Source: Heteronotia binoei
Taxonomy: Eukaryota
DNA length: 64,000 nucleotides
Direction of reading: 5' to 3'
Assembly: GCF_032191835.1 (NCBI RefSeq)
Contig: NC_083235.1
Location: 15,624,001-15,688,000 of the forward strand
Within the stretch, counting starts at the first letter, position 1, and the number at the start of each line of letters is the position of its first letter. Under the pieces are notes generated by a model. The model was not told the DNA's origin. It did no database searches and saw only the letters and a list, made by a program, of their open reading frames with translations. Of this stretch, positions 61,535 through 64,000 are shown piece by piece. Made by a program: the position numbers and the translations under genes.

Positions 61535-62077
61535 CCTTCTGCCCCCATCTAACTCTTCCCCTCTTCCCTTAATTGATTGCCTGGCTTCTTCTTTGCCCCC
61601 ACCCCATCACTATTGGTGGCTGCCTTCGTATTAACCAAGATCCAGTTGAGGACAACGTAGCCTCCTCTTCTATTTTGAAAAACGTTTATCTACAAACCTA
61701 GGGATTTCCCTGGGCTTGGAGGAAAATTACCTCTTTCCATTGTGTGGCCCCATTGTGTGGAGTTTTTAAAAACAGAACTCAGAGGGAAATGTAGATTTAT
61801 TTTAAAAAAGAAATCCTGAATTCCTGATCCAGAGCCTCACAGTTCTGAATCTGAATTCTGACACTACATCTTGAGGCTGATATATGTATCTTGTGTGGCA
61901 GGAATAATGGATGCATCAGGGAGAAACACAGAGATGTGAGTCAAAGAGAGAATATGTCCTAGAAGGTCCCATAGTTTGCTCATTGGGTAGCTTACCTTGA
62001 TAATAGTGGGAGGGAGAAATGTGCATCTTGGGATTAATTAGCCATACCTGGCTTCAGGCCTCTAACTTTCTTGCAAC

Positions 62078-62799
62078 TAGGGTTGCCAAGTCCAATTCAA
62101 GAAATATCTGGGGACTTTGGGGGTGGAGCCAGGAGACTTTGGGGGTGGAGCCCGGAGACTTTGGGGCGGAGCCAGGAACAAGAGTGTGACAAGCATAATT
62201 GAACTCCAAGAGAGTTCTGGCCATCACATTTAAAGGGACAGCACACCTTTTTAAATGTCTTCCTTCCATAGGAAATAATGAAGGATAAGGGCACCTTCTT
62301 TTGGGGCTCATAGAATTGGACCCCCTGGTCCAATCGTTTTGAAATTTGGGGGATACTTTGGGGAGAGGCACTAGATACTATATTGAAAATTTGGTGCCTC
62401 TACCTCAAAAAACAGCTCCCCCAGAGCCCCCGAAACCTCCAGATCAATTCCCCATTATACCCTATGAGAAGACGTTTCCCTCTCCACCCCCCTCCCCCCC
62501 GCCCCCCCCTTTCTGGGAAATCTGATGCAGGAGACAGAACTCACTCACCTCCGGAGGTGCAAAGGCACATGGTCCTTTGGGGGCGTGGCTGGGCTCCCCT
62601 CCCTTCACCGGCCAGCTGACTGGGGGCGGGAAGCAGCCTGAGAAAACGGAAGAGCTCTGGCTGCTGCGATCGGGGCTGGGTGCGAAGGGCTGCCGTTCTC
62701 CTCCTCCCCTCCCCCCCCCGCTTTCCCTTTTATGGCCAGCGGGGGGAGGAGGCTCCAAATCGGGAGTCTCCAGGCCTACCGGGGGATTTGGGACCCCTA
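62078..62799. mobile_element. Non-autonomous hAT element (722 bp) inserted in the OR7 3' splice-site region
   Basis: Perfect 8-bp TSD cttgcaac (62070-77, 62800-07); termini TAGGGTTGCCAA / TTGGGACCCCTA; 5' ~390 bp homologous to the 7583 family. Confidence 0.9.
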
Positions 62800-62824
62800 C
62801 TTGCAACTTCCTCACTTCAGGAGC

Positions 62825-63766
62825 ATGAGTCCAATGAATCACAGGAACACAACTGAAGTTTTTGAGTTCCTCCTCCGAGGTTTTCCATTCCAGCTGGCGG
62901 TCCAAAGGCTTCTCTTCCCTCTTTTCCTTTCCATCTATCTGTTCATCCTCCTGGGAAACGTCACAATCATCCTGTTGATCCGTTCTGACACACAGCTCCA
63001 CCAGACTCCCATGTACTTCCTGCTCAGCCACCTTGCCCTAGCTGACCTTGGTTTCACCTCCACCACCATCCCCAAGGCATTAGATAACCTGCTGTCTCAG
63101 AAGAAGACTATCTCCTACCGTGGTTGTCTGGCCCAGATGTATTTCTATATGTCTTTTGGCAACTCAGGCAGCTTCCTGCTGGCTTCCATGGCCTATGACC
63201 GCTATGTGGCTATCTGCTGCCCACTGCACTATTCCACCATGATGAGCCACAGGCGTTGCCTTCAACTGGCCGCAGTGTCCTGGGTTATCCCCATAATTGC
63301 CTCACTGCTTTATACTGTTTTGCTATCCCGTGTTGAGTTCTGTGACCCTGAAGAGATCCCTCATTTCTTCTGTGACATTTACCCTGTTCTGGATGTCTCT
63401 TGCTCTGACACAAGCCTCATAGAAACACTTGTGCTGACTGAGGGGATGGTGGAGCTCCTGGGGCCGTTTGTACTGATTATCATTTCGTATACACTCATCT
63501 TTTATACCATCATGAAAATCCCATCCGCCATCGGGAAACGCAAGGCTTTCTTTACATGCGGGTCCCACATTTGCGTGGTGGTCTTGTTCTACGGCACTGT
63601 AAGCTGGGTGTATTTAAAGCCAAATTCCAAGAAGTTAGACCACCAGGTCACAGTGGCAGCTGTGATGTATACTGTGGTGACCCCCGTGTTGAATCCTTTC
63701 ATCTACAGCCTCAGGAACAGCGAGATGAAGGCGGCCATGAAGAAGATCATTACGCGGCATTTTTGA
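62825..63766 (+). CDS. Olfactory receptor copy 7, 313 aa, intact (subtype B, closest to copy 5)
   Basis: OR motifs. The track extension to 62732 lies inside an inserted hAT element. Confidence 0.95.
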   Translation: MSPMNHRNTTEVFEFLLRGFPFQLAVQRLLFPLFLSIYLFILLGNVTIILLIRSDTQLHQTPMYFLLSHLALADLGFTSTTIPKALDNLLSQKKTISYRGCLAQMYFYMSFGNSGSFLLASMAYDRYVAICCPLHYSTMMSHRRCLQLAAVSWVIPIIASLLYTVLLSRVEFCDPEEIPHFFCDIYPVLDVSCSDTSLIETLVLTEGMVELLGPFVLIIISYTLIFYTIMKIPSAIGKRKAFFTCGSHICVVVLFYGTVSWVYLKPNSKKLDHQVTVAAVMYTVVTPVLNPFIYSLRNSEMKAAMKKIITRHF

Positions 63767-64000
63767 TGATGTGTTCGAGGGCCAAACCATTGGATTATGC
63801 TATAGCCCCAATCCTCCACATTCCCCTGTTCAGGGGAAAATGCTGTTGAATAATTTCAAAAACGATCTAACTCCACTGAGAACAAGAGAAAGAAATTTTA
63901 CTTAAAAAAATAGAAGCCCATCTTACATGGCATATTCATTTAGGGACATTATGATTTATTGTGAATAGATTAACTTCATAAAGGTTATCTTGCTATTGAT

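Larger units (their letters stand above)
1..64000 (+). repeat. Tandem segmental duplication array of an ~8.1-kb OR-containing unit (7 OR copies; first and last units partial)
   Basis: The same ordered blocks recur: OR CDS, 3' region, Squam3-like SINE, MITEs, 5S-like fragment, Squam2-like SINE, conserved pre-OR block. Distances between equivalent MSP start positions are 8772, 9065, 10025, 14114, 8124 and 9401 bp; the excess over ~8.1 kb is largely explained by private insertions. Confidence 0.97.

Overview
This is vertebrate DNA. The SINE and MITE repertoire points to a squamate, probably a gecko (inference). The whole window is a young tandem array of class II (gamma, OR1-family-like) olfactory receptor genes. 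There are seven intact single-coding-exon ORs of 310-313 aa, all on +, with ATGs at 3324, 12096, 21161, 31186, 45309, 53424 and 62825. Each sits in a duplicated unit of about 8.1 kb (8.1-14.1 kb with private insertions). Units share an ancestral set of SINEs, hAT-type MITEs and a 5S rRNA-derived fragment. Each also carries private or lineage-shared insertions: a Harbinger-like element with a ~110-bp double-hairpin array, a Penelope-like inverted insertion with hammerhead-ribozyme motifs, two L2 LINEs, a truncated Gypsy element 7 bp after a stop codon, solo LTRs, and an hAT element inside a 3' splice site. Shared indels and protein signatures define two receptor subtypes (A: OR1/2/3/6; B: OR4/5/7) with mosaic units, implying unequal crossover or gene conversion. 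There are two N-gaps, so near-identical units could be mis-assembled. All repeat-family names come from motif recognition, not database searches.
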